From Sphingobacteriales bacterium (GTDB lineage Bacteria > Bacteroidota > Bacteroidia > UKL13-3), in assembly GCA_021298155.1 (NCBI GenBank), contig JAJTEN010000010.1, forward strand, positions 824-64,823: 64,000 nucleotides of DNA, written 5' to 3'. Under the pieces are notes generated by a model. The model was not told the DNA's origin and did not search any database. It saw only the letters and a list, made by a program, of their open reading frames with translations. The translations under genes were made by a program, and so were the position numbers. Numbering within the stretch: position 1 is the stretch's first letter; each line of letters opens with the position of its first letter. Below are positions 52,187 through 60,490 of this stretch, piece by piece.

Positions 52187-52241
52187 AAAATTCTGGATTC
52201 TTTACGCACGCTGGTGGATGGACCCTAAAATAAATCAAACT

Positions 52242-53789
52242 ATGTTTAAACAAACTATGCAAAGTGGTTACACCCACAAGGGTGAGAGCATAATCTTAGG
52301 AGCCGCCATGTTAAATGGAGAATCCGACAGTGAGTGTTTGGTGAAACTGCCTTTAAAAACATTTAACAGGCACGGCTTAATTGCAGGTGCTACAGGAACA
52401 GGAAAAACCAAAACGCTGCAATTAATTGCAGAAGAATTAAGCAAAAAAAGCGTCCCAGTTTTGGTCATGGATATTAAGGGCGACCTTAGTGGTTTAGCCA
52501 TGCCGGGTACTTTAAATGATAAAATTACAGAACGCTACCAAAAGCTTGGCATAGGATGGGAGGCCGCTGGTGTTCCGGTAGAATTTCTTACCCTAAACAA
52601 CTCAAAAGGTACCCGATTAAAAGCTACGGTCTCTGAATTTGGTCCGGTTTTGCTTGGCAAGATATTGGGACTAAACGAAACCCAAAGTGGCTTTGTAAGT
52701 TTATTGTTTAAATACTGCGACGACCATGAACTACCTTTATTAGATTTAAAAGATCTAATAAAAGTAGTACAATTTATATCTAATGAGGGTAAAGCAGAAA
52801 TTGAAAAAGAATACGGTAAAATTAGCACAACTTCAACGGGCACTATTCTCAGAAAAGTAATAGAATTACAGCAACAAGGCGGAGATGTAATCTTTGGTGA
52901 ACCTAGTTTTGAAATAGAAGACTTGATGAGGATTAATGAGGAAGGCTTAGGAGTTGTATCTGTTTTACGGGTAAATGATTTACAAGATAAGCCCAAAATA
53001 TTCTCTACTTACATGCTTTGTTTATTGGCAGAACTCTACGCTAAATTACCTGAAGAAGGCGATTTGGATCAGCCTAAATTATGCTTGTTTATTGATGAAG
53101 CACATCTAATTTTTAATGAGGCCAGTAATGCCTTATTAGACCAAATTGAAACCGTTATAAAACTCATTCGTTCAAAAGGAGTAGGCATCTTCTTCATCAC
53201 CCAAAACCCAACAGATGTGCCAGCCGCAGTGCTTAGTCAGCTAGGCTTAAAAGTGCAACATGCCTTGCGCGCCTTTACCGCTGCAGATAGAAAAAGTATT
53301 AAACAAAGTGCCGAAAATTTTCCAGAATCTGAGTTCTATAAAGTGGATGAAATGCTTACCCAATTGGGTATGGGCGAGGCATTAATTACAGGCTTAAACG
53401 AAAAAGGAATTCCAACACCTTTGGCAGCAACTTTGTTATGCAGTCCAAGTAGTCGCATGAATATTTTAAGCGATGCAGAATTAGATGAAATTTGCAGCAA
53501 ATCTCCTATTGCAAGAAAATACAACCAAGAAATAGACAGTCATAGTGCTTATGAAATGCTGCACGAGCGTTTAGAAAAAGCGAAGCTTGTAGACAACGAA
53601 ATTCCAGAAAAAACAAGCAAACCTGCGTCGTCTAGCAAAAAAGAAAGCAGTTCATTAGACGACATTTTATCATCGCCGGTAAGTAAACAAATTGCGAGAA
53701 CCGCCGCCAATGTTATTACCAGAAGTTTGCTGGGAGCACTTGGATTAACAGGTAGTTCGAGAGGTAAAAAGAAAAGTTCTTGGTTTTAA
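52242..53789 (+). CDS. DUF853-family (YjgR/HerA-like) P-loop NTPase
   Basis: Walker A GATGTGKT and Walker B LCLFIDEAH, with a Ser/Lys-rich C-terminal tail. The track ORF begins at 52062 inside lysA. I prefer ATG 52242 (MFKQTMQSGY...) or 52218, both downstream of the lysA hairpin. Confidence 0.85.
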   Translation: MFKQTMQSGYTHKGESIILGAAMLNGESDSECLVKLPLKTFNRHGLIAGATGTGKTKTLQLIAEELSKKSVPVLVMDIKGDLSGLAMPGTLNDKITERYQKLGIGWEAAGVPVEFLTLNNSKGTRLKATVSEFGPVLLGKILGLNETQSGFVSLLFKYCDDHELPLLDLKDLIKVVQFISNEGKAEIEKEYGKISTTSTGTILRKVIELQQQGGDVIFGEPSFEIEDLMRINEEGLGVVSVLRVNDLQDKPKIFSTYMLCLLAELYAKLPEEGDLDQPKLCLFIDEAHLIFNEASNALLDQIETVIKLIRSKGVGIFFITQNPTDVPAAVLSQLGLKVQHALRAFTAADRKSIKQSAENFPESEFYKVDEMLTQLGMGEALITGLNEKGIPTPLAATLLCSPSSRMNILSDAELDEICSKSPIARKYNQEIDSHSAYEMLHERLEKAKLVDNEIPEKTSKPASSSKKESSSLDDILSSPVSKQIARTAANVITRSLLGALGLTGSSRGKKKSSWF

Positions 53790-53808
53790 TTAAGAACCAA
53801 GAACTTTT
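53772..53808. terminator. Bidirectional hairpin shared by convergent genes, with both stop codons in the loop
   Basis: aaaagttcttggtt (53772-53785) is the perfect reverse complement of aaccaagaactttt (53795-53808). The loop region ...TAATTA... holds the DUF853 stop TAA (53787-89) and the fic stop (TTA on plus, 53790-92). A4 and T4 ends make it symmetric. Confidence 0.5.
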
Positions 53809-54842
53809 ATATAGCGTTCTAATGCAGCCAATTCATAGGATGCAACCAATTTTAAAAATGTATCTTTTTTCCCTTTGGTTTGAGCTTCTTCTAAGGCAGT
53901 ATAATAAGCCATTCTGCTTTTTGTATCTCCCTTTATATTAGCAATAACATAACCGCTTTGCAATAAAATAAGATTCATTAAAAGCCTAGAGGTTCTGCCA
54001 TTTCCATCTATAAACGGGTGAATGGTAACAAGCCGCTCATGCATTTCAGCAGCCAATAAAACAGGATGCATAGCATTTCTATTATCTTGATACCAATAAA
54101 AGAAATCTTCCATTTGTTTTTCTACCAAATAGGGAGCAGGTGGCACATGAGCACTACCTTTTATCATCACTTGTACATTTCTGTATTTGCCAGCATAAGC
54201 ATCTTCAATGCCGCGCAATACTAATTGGTGTATAGCCAAAATATCTCTAGGTGCAATAGTAGTATTGGCCTGAGCCAACTCTTTTACAAACAATATGGCA
54301 TCTTTATGATTAATAGCCTCGAGGTGCTCTCGCATAGATTTCCCACTGATAGTTAATCCTTCATTAATAACTAAATCTGTTTCTTTTAAACTAAGGGTAT
54401 TCCCCTCAATCCGGTTACTTTCGAAGGTATATTCTAAGTCTAAGGCTTGGGCAATTCTATAACTATCAAAAGCGCGTAATTGTTGCAATGAAATATGCAA
54501 GGCATCTATCTTTTCTATAGTTTTACTCAAAGATTTTTGAATAGGAATGGATGCTTTGCTATCTATTTTTGATTTTATTTCGTGCTCTGCCACTTTAAAA
54601 ACTTCGAGCGCGAGGGCATCGTCTCCAATTTCGTAAAGCACTTTTTCTTTTAGCCATTGAACTTTTAAGGTATGAAAATCTACATCTAAAATGCTTGAAA
54701 GCTGCCTCAATTGAGCCAATGTTGGTTTTCTTGCCCCACTTTCAAACTTGCTTATTAAGGCTTGATCTATCCCTAGAAGCTGAGCCAACTCTCTAATCAT
54801 CAAACCTTTTTTTACACGAGCATCTTTAATTAGCGTTTTCAT
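53790..54842 (-). CDS. Fic-family protein with N-terminal XRE-type HTH domain
   Basis: Fic motif HPFIDGNGRTSR; N-terminal HTH (LMIRELAQLLGIDQALISKFESGARKPT); inhibitory-helix-type motif SNRIEG, matching (S/T)xxxE(G/N). The track start 54851 is TTG. I prefer ATG 54842 (MKTLIKDARVKKG). Confidence 0.9.
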   Translation of the reverse strand: MKTLIKDARVKKGLMIRELAQLLGIDQALISKFESGARKPTLAQLRQLSSILDVDFHTLKVQWLKEKVLYEIGDDALALEVFKVAEHEIKSKIDSKASIPIQKSLSKTIEKIDALHISLQQLRAFDSYRIAQALDLEYTFESNRIEGNTLSLKETDLVINEGLTISGKSMREHLEAINHKDAILFVKELAQANTTIAPRDILAIHQLVLRGIEDAYAGKYRNVQVMIKGSAHVPPAPYLVEKQMEDFFYWYQDNRNAMHPVLLAAEMHERLVTIHPFIDGNGRTSRLLMNLILLQSGYVIANIKGDTKSRMAYYTALEEAQTKGKKDTFLKLVASYELAALERYIKVLGS

Positions 54843-54859
54843 TTTTGACAAATTAATTC

Positions 54860-54876
54860 ATGACAAATATAGTCAT
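54860..54876 (-). promoter_or_regulatory. Candidate fic promoter -7 box (TATATTTG) inside inverted repeat ATGAC-N7-GTCAT; possible operator
   Basis: On the minus strand, TATATTTG (plus 54864-54871) is an exact TAnnTTTG match 21 nt upstream of ATG 54842. It is bracketed by 5-bp inverted arms. The octamer ATTTGTCA recurs 15 nt downstream (plus 54846-54853). Confidence 0.4.
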
Positions 54877-54944
54877 ATAATTTTTAATTTTCCACCATTT
54901 TCACCTTTTACTCTTAAAAAAATTCCAGGTTAACTCAAAAATGA

Positions 54945-56249
54945 TCAATCCTTCACCAACTTCACAAACCCAATACCGTTTTGGGTGCTCACTTTTAACA
55001 AGTATATACCAGATGGAATTCCTTCTATACTCAATTTTAAATTAGGCTCAAAGCTTTGTATTAATTTACCTTGCAAGTTGTATAAAGTTACTTCTTTTAA
55101 CTCATGCGCTAGAACGCCGCTTAGGTTTATTTCGTGGCTGCTTGGGTTGGGATAAAGTTTTAGATTTTGAAGATGTTCAATGGCAGACAAACCCGCACTT
55201 GGAGAACAAATTACTTTGTTTACATATTTCCAAATATCATTGTTAAAGGTAACCGGCACTTCGCCATTATCGCCCGGTGCATCTCCTACCCTTATTACCA
55301 CCAAATTTTGAGAGGGAACAACATTTATTAATTGTCCGTTTTTACCCATAGCCGCATACATATCCTTGGGCGCATTGGGCGCCAAATCTGTATTAAACAC
55401 AATCTGCGAACCCGGAAACATCGCCTTTCCTTTTCCGTTTAACCAAGTTAGATATCCATAAGACAGGTTCAAAGCCTGCGAAGATTGTACCATAGCGTTA
55501 AAATAATTGGTATCTGTTAAAACTCCAGTCTGACCCCATTTGCCTCGGTTCAATAACAATAAACCAAATCGCGCCATGCTGCGGGTATTGCTTATCAAAA
55601 CATTATTATACCCAATACTTGTCCAAATGCCATTTATGCCTGTTTTGCTTCGAATCTCGGTGTTAAAATATTGCTGAAAACTTCTTCCACTTGCAGATTC
55701 AACAACTTTATCTAATAGCGTATAGGGTGCATTATGATAAGCCCAACGCGCGCCGGCATCTGCTTTAAAAAGCAAACAAGAATCTGCCGTGCAATCTTTG
55801 TCTAACCCATCATCCAAACCGCTCGTCATGCTCAATTGGTGATAAATACTTATCTTATCTTCTTGTGCCGAACCTAAGCTTGTCCATCCTTTACCCAAAT
55901 ATTTTGAACTGGTATCACTCAATTTTAACAAGCCATTTTGTTGGGCTATTCCAACCATAAAGGCTGTCATGGTTTTACCTGCAGATGCCCAATACCAGAA
56001 GCTATCTTGAGTGAAACTAGAAAAATATTTTTCTAAGACAATTTTACCGTCTTTTAAAACAATAAAGCCTTTCGTATTTTTACTTTCTAAAAAATCATAC
56101 AAGCTATCTATTTTATCTGTACACCAACCCAAATCTGCTGCTGCCGTGGTGTTCCATGTATTTCCAATAAGTGGCGGAAAGTATAAACTTTGCGCGCTTG
56201 CGTGTTGAAAGCCCGCCAATAAAAAGATTAGGTAAAAATATTTTTTCAT
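54945..56249 (-). CDS. Serine hydrolase (beta-lactamase/PBP4*-like family) with T9SS C-terminal sorting domain
   Basis: 434 aa with a signal peptide and an SxxK motif (WASAGKT). The C-terminal ~80 aa, LKLYPNPSSHEINLSG...GIYLLKVSTQNGIGFVKLVKD, is typical of the type A T9SS CTD. Confidence 0.8.
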   Translation of the reverse strand: MKKYFYLIFLLAGFQHASAQSLYFPPLIGNTWNTTAAADLGWCTDKIDSLYDFLESKNTKGFIVLKDGKIVLEKYFSSFTQDSFWYWASAGKTMTAFMVGIAQQNGLLKLSDTSSKYLGKGWTSLGSAQEDKISIYHQLSMTSGLDDGLDKDCTADSCLLFKADAGARWAYHNAPYTLLDKVVESASGRSFQQYFNTEIRSKTGINGIWTSIGYNNVLISNTRSMARFGLLLLNRGKWGQTGVLTDTNYFNAMVQSSQALNLSYGYLTWLNGKGKAMFPGSQIVFNTDLAPNAPKDMYAAMGKNGQLINVVPSQNLVVIRVGDAPGDNGEVPVTFNNDIWKYVNKVICSPSAGLSAIEHLQNLKLYPNPSSHEINLSGVLAHELKEVTLYNLQGKLIQSFEPNLKLSIEGIPSGIYLLKVSTQNGIGFVKLVKD

Positions 56250-56416
56250 ATGTATTTAGATGCAATTTACAAGAAGAGGTTTAATTACTTCATAAGTCAA
56301 ATAAATAAAGTTGAAAACTTTTAATATCCGCAATTCTAAATGCTTTTGAGAGCTACTTTTCAACACCTACTCAGAATGTATAGCGCATGGCGTACTTTCG
56401 TTAACTAGATATTAAT

Positions 56417-59400
56417 ATGCAGTTTTCACACCTACACGTACACACACAATTCTCTTTGCTAGATGGCGCCGCAGATATAGGCAAACTATATAAAAAAGCG
56501 TTGAACGACAATATGCCAGCATTGGCCATTACCGACCATGGCAATATGTTTGGTGCATTTGAATTTGTGGCTGAAGCATACAAACATAAAAATGCAGATG
56601 GAACCCTTAAGGTTAAACCCATTGTAGGTTGCGAGTTTTATGTGGTTTCGGATCGAACCAAACACTCGTTCACGAAAGAAGATAAAGACATTCGTTACCA
56701 CCAACTCATGTTGGCCAAAAATGAAGAAGGCTATAAAAATTTAATCAAACTCTGCTCGCTTGGATACATGGAAGGTATGTATGGAAAGTATCCTAGAATT
56801 GATAAGGAGCTCATTCTAAAATACCATAAGGGTTTAATTGCTACTACCTGTTGCTTGGGCGCATCTGTTCCAAAAACCATTTTAAAAAAGGGCGAAGAGG
56901 CTGGAGAAATCGAATTTAAATGGTGGCTAGATTTATTTGGAGAGGATTATTACATCGAACTGCAACGTCATGATATCCCTGACCAAAACAAGGTTAATGA
57001 AATCCTCATAAAATTTTCGCTTAAATACAATGTACCAATCATTGCCTCAAACGACTCGCATTATGTGGATCAGAAAGATGCAAATGCACACGACATTTTA
57101 TTGTGTATTAATACTGGAGAAAAACAAAGTACCCCAACCGTAAAAGAAATTGATGATGATGTAAGTATTAAAGGCAAGCGTTTTGCTTTCTACAATGATC
57201 AATTTTTCTTTAAAACAACCGAAGAAATGTCTAAGGTCTTCAGCGATATACCGCAAGCCATAGACAATACCAATTTGGTCATAGATAAAATTGAAACCCT
57301 AGATTTAAAACGTGATATTTTATTACCTAATTATGAAATACCACCAGGTTTTTTAACGCAAGATGATTACTTGCACCACCTTACCTACACAGGCGCAAAA
57401 GCACGGTACAAAGACATTAGTCCGGAAGTAGAAGAACGTTTAAATTTTGAACTTCATACCATCCGAACGATGGGTTTTGCGGGATACTTTTTAATTGTAT
57501 CGGATTTTATTCGCGCAGGAAGAGAGCTAGGCGTGTTCATTGGTCCGGGACGTGGTTCTGCAGCGGGTTCTGCCGTGGCATATTGCATTGGCATTACCAA
57601 TATCGATCCTATTAAATATGATTTACTTTTCGAACGTTTCTTAAATCCAGACCGTAAATCGATGCCCGATATTGATACGGATTTTGATGATGCGGGCAGG
57701 CAAAAAGTAATTGATTATGTGGTTAAAAAATATGGCAGAAATCAAGTAGCGCAAATTGTAACTTATGGCACCATGGCTGCCAAAATGAGTATCAAAGATG
57801 TAGCGCGTGTTTTGGATTTACCGCTACAAGAAGCCAATGCACTAGTAAAATTAGTTCCAGATAAACCAGGGATAGAACTGGGCCGTTTGCTAAATGCACC
57901 TATGGATGGTGATAAAAGTCTTAAAGAAAAAGAAGGCTTACAATCTGAAGATTTAGAAAATGTAAAAAAATTACGTGAATTATATAAAGGTACAGATATC
58001 AATGCACGTGTTCTAAAAGAGGCTGAAATTTTGGAAGGTTCTGTACGCGGCACAGGCGTGCATGCCGCTGGAATTATCATCGCACCTTCAGACCTCTCAG
58101 ATTTAATTCCAGTAGCGGTTGCCAAAGATTCTGATTTATTGGTAACACAGTTTCAAGGTAAGGTTATTGAGGATGCTGGAGTCATTAAAATGGACTTTCT
58201 AGGCTTAAAAAACTTAACCATTTTAAAAGATGCCATGGTGCTTATAAAGCAAAATCACAATGTTGATATTGTATTAGAAGACATTCCGCTCGATGATGTT
58301 AAAACCTACGAACTATATCAAAGAGGTGAAACCAACGGCACATTCCAATTTGAAAGTGCCGGAATGCAAAAACACCTCAAAGATTTAAAGCCTGATAAGT
58401 TCGACGATTTAATTGCCATGAATGCCTTGTATAGGCCAGGTCCAATTCAATACATTCCAAATTTTATTGCCCGTAAACATGGCAGAGAAGCCATCAGTTA
58501 CGATCTGGAAGAAATGAAGGAATACCTTGAACCAACCTATGGTATTACAGTTTATCAGGAGCAAGTAATGTTGCTTTCGCAAAAAATCGCCAATTTTACG
58601 AAAGGCGATGCAGATACCTTGCGAAAAGCAATGGGTAAAAAAGACCGCTATACCCTAGACAAAATGAAGGGTAAGTTCATGGTTGGGGCAGCTTCAAAAG
58701 GATTTAAGGCAGAAACCTTAGAGAAAATATGGACAGATTGGGAAGCTTTTGCGCAATATGCTTTTAATAAATCACACTCTACTTGTTATGCCTATGTAGC
58801 CTATCATACCGCTTATTTAAAGGCGCATTACCCAGCAGAATACATGGCGGCTGTGCTCACCACAAACTTAGGTAATATTGATAAGGTTTCTTTCTTTATG
58901 GAAGAATGTCGAAGAATGGGTGTGCCCGTATTAGGGCCAGATGTGAATGAGTCATTCGCAACTTTCTCGGTAAATAAAAGCGGACAAATTCGTTTTGGCT
59001 TAAACGCTATTAAAGGTGTTGGTGAAGCGGCCGTAGAAGCCATTATTCAAGAACGAGCCAAGGGCCCTTATGAAAGCATTTTCGATCTAACCAAAAGAGT
59101 TAACCTAAGGGCTGTGAATAAGAAAACATTAGAAGCACTTGCCTTAGCTGGTGGCTTCGATTGCTTTCAACATATTACCCGATCACAATATTTTGCAGCA
59201 GGTGCCGATGAAATTCCAACCATCGAAAAAGCCATTCGGTATGGAAATTCGGTTCAGGCTAATGCCTCAAGTAATGCCATGAGTCTATTTGGTGCAGTAT
59301 CAGGTGTTATATTACCAGAACCGCCAATTCCTGCAGCAGAACCATGGAATTTGATGCAGCAACTTAACGCAGAAAAAGAAATGGTGGGCATGTACCTTTC

Positions 59401-59992
59401 CGGACATCCACTAGATCCGTATAAAATTGAAATAGATAAACTAACCACACATAAAATCGCAGAACTATCCGATTTAAGTCCACTTAAAGGCAAAGAGGTT
59501 AAAATTGCCGGCGTTGTAACTAGTGCCGACCATAGGGTTACCAAAACAGGTAAAAATTATGGAAGCATTACCATTGAAGACTTTTCTGGGAATTACCAAT
59601 TGGTAATGTTTCAAGACGCCTATATCAATTTTAGGCGATTTATGGAAGTTGGCTATTTTATTTACATTAAGGGCAGAGTAGATAACCGTTGGGGAAAAGA
59701 AAATGATTTTGAATTGAAGGTTCAAGGCATAGAAATGTTAAACGAGGTGCGTGATAAATACTTTACTAAAATTACTGTTCAATTAGAGCTCACCAAATTA
59801 AACAACGCTATGTTGCAACAATTTCAAAGTCTTCCCAAAGAAAAACCAGGAAATTGTATCCTCAATTTCGATTTTATTGATACGGATGAAAACACGTCGC
59901 TTAGGATGTTATCTACCAAAGTTAAATTTAGCCCATCTAATGAAGTATTAAGCTGGCTAGATGAATTAAACCTTTCATATAAACTCAATTAA
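56417..59992 (+). CDS. dnaE: DNA polymerase III alpha subunit
   Basis: 1191 aa with PHP domain HLHVHTQFSLLDGA, polymerase core blocks (MPDIDTDF, GVHAAG, LYRPGP) and a C-terminal OB fold. Confidence 0.97.
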   Translation: MQFSHLHVHTQFSLLDGAADIGKLYKKALNDNMPALAITDHGNMFGAFEFVAEAYKHKNADGTLKVKPIVGCEFYVVSDRTKHSFTKEDKDIRYHQLMLAKNEEGYKNLIKLCSLGYMEGMYGKYPRIDKELILKYHKGLIATTCCLGASVPKTILKKGEEAGEIEFKWWLDLFGEDYYIELQRHDIPDQNKVNEILIKFSLKYNVPIIASNDSHYVDQKDANAHDILLCINTGEKQSTPTVKEIDDDVSIKGKRFAFYNDQFFFKTTEEMSKVFSDIPQAIDNTNLVIDKIETLDLKRDILLPNYEIPPGFLTQDDYLHHLTYTGAKARYKDISPEVEERLNFELHTIRTMGFAGYFLIVSDFIRAGRELGVFIGPGRGSAAGSAVAYCIGITNIDPIKYDLLFERFLNPDRKSMPDIDTDFDDAGRQKVIDYVVKKYGRNQVAQIVTYGTMAAKMSIKDVARVLDLPLQEANALVKLVPDKPGIELGRLLNAPMDGDKSLKEKEGLQSEDLENVKKLRELYKGTDINARVLKEAEILEGSVRGTGVHAAGIIIAPSDLSDLIPVAVAKDSDLLVTQFQGKVIEDAGVIKMDFLGLKNLTILKDAMVLIKQNHNVDIVLEDIPLDDVKTYELYQRGETNGTFQFESAGMQKHLKDLKPDKFDDLIAMNALYRPGPIQYIPNFIARKHGREAISYDLEEMKEYLEPTYGITVYQEQVMLLSQKIANFTKGDADTLRKAMGKKDRYTLDKMKGKFMVGAASKGFKAETLEKIWTDWEAFAQYAFNKSHSTCYAYVAYHTAYLKAHYPAEYMAAVLTTNLGNIDKVSFFMEECRRMGVPVLGPDVNESFATFSVNKSGQIRFGLNAIKGVGEAAVEAIIQERAKGPYESIFDLTKRVNLRAVNKKTLEALALAGGFDCFQHITRSQYFAAGADEIPTIEKAIRYGNSVQANASSNAMSLFGAVSGVILPEPPIPAAEPWNLMQQLNAEKEMVGMYLSGHPLDPYKIEIDKLTTHKIAELSDLSPLKGKEVKIAGVVTSADHRVTKTGKNYGSITIEDFSGNYQLVMFQDAYINFRRFMEVGYFIYIKGRVDNRWGKENDFELKVQGIEMLNEVRDKYFTKITVQLELTKLNNAMLQQFQSLPKEKPGNCILNFDFIDTDENTSLRMLSTKVKFSPSNEVLSWLDELNLSYKLN

Positions 59993-60067
59993 AAAAACCA
60001 AGCTGACAAATTGTTGCAATTTGCCGGCTGGCATTTATCTTGCAAAACAATATATAAAATAAAAAAT

Positions 60068-60385
60068 ATGGCATTAGAAATAACAGATAGCAACTTCGAG
60101 GAAGTAGTGCTAAAATCAGACAAACCTGTATTAGTAGATTTTTGGGCAGAATGGTGTGGCCCTTGCCGCATGGTTGGTCCGGTTGTAGATGAATTAGCAA
60201 AAGAATATGAGGGAAAAGCCGTTATCGGAAAATTAGACGTTGACAATAACCCACGTGTTGCCACAGAATTTGGCATCATGAGCATCCCTGCCTTGTTGTT
60301 TTTCAAAAACGGACAAGTAGTAGATAAGCAAGTTGGTGCAGTGCCAAAACATGTATTGGCAAATAAATTAAACGCACAATTATAA
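60068..60385 (+). CDS. trxA: Thioredoxin
   Basis: 105 aa from ATG 60068 (MALEITDSNF...); the track ORF starts further upstream at 60011. WCGPC active site. Confidence 0.95.
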   Translation: MALEITDSNFEEVVLKSDKPVLVDFWAEWCGPCRMVGPVVDELAKEYEGKAVIGKLDVDNNPRVATEFGIMSIPALLFFKNGQVVDKQVGAVPKHVLANKLNAQL

Positions 60386-60394
60386 GTGTAACAC

Positions 60395-60427
60395 AAAAAG
60401 CCGCTCCCCTGGGAGCGGCTTTTTTTA
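60395..60427 (+). terminator. Rho-independent terminator after trxA
   Basis: aaaaaGCCGCTCCcctgGGAGCGGCttttttt: an 8-bp GC-rich stem, a 4-nt loop and a T-run. Confidence 0.85.
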
Positions 60428-60490
60428 TGCCTTTTACCGAGCCTTACAGATTTGTGTTTGCCGCTAATTTACTTTACTTTGCAGTATACT

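Noticed and set aside
52062-52241. N-terminal 60-codon extension of the DUF853 ORF overlapping the lysA 3' end (possible fusion or overlapping gene)
   Set aside because: The extension crosses the hairpin downstream of lysA and has no family-like sequence. DUF853 proteins of normal length are obtained from ATG 52218 or 52242.
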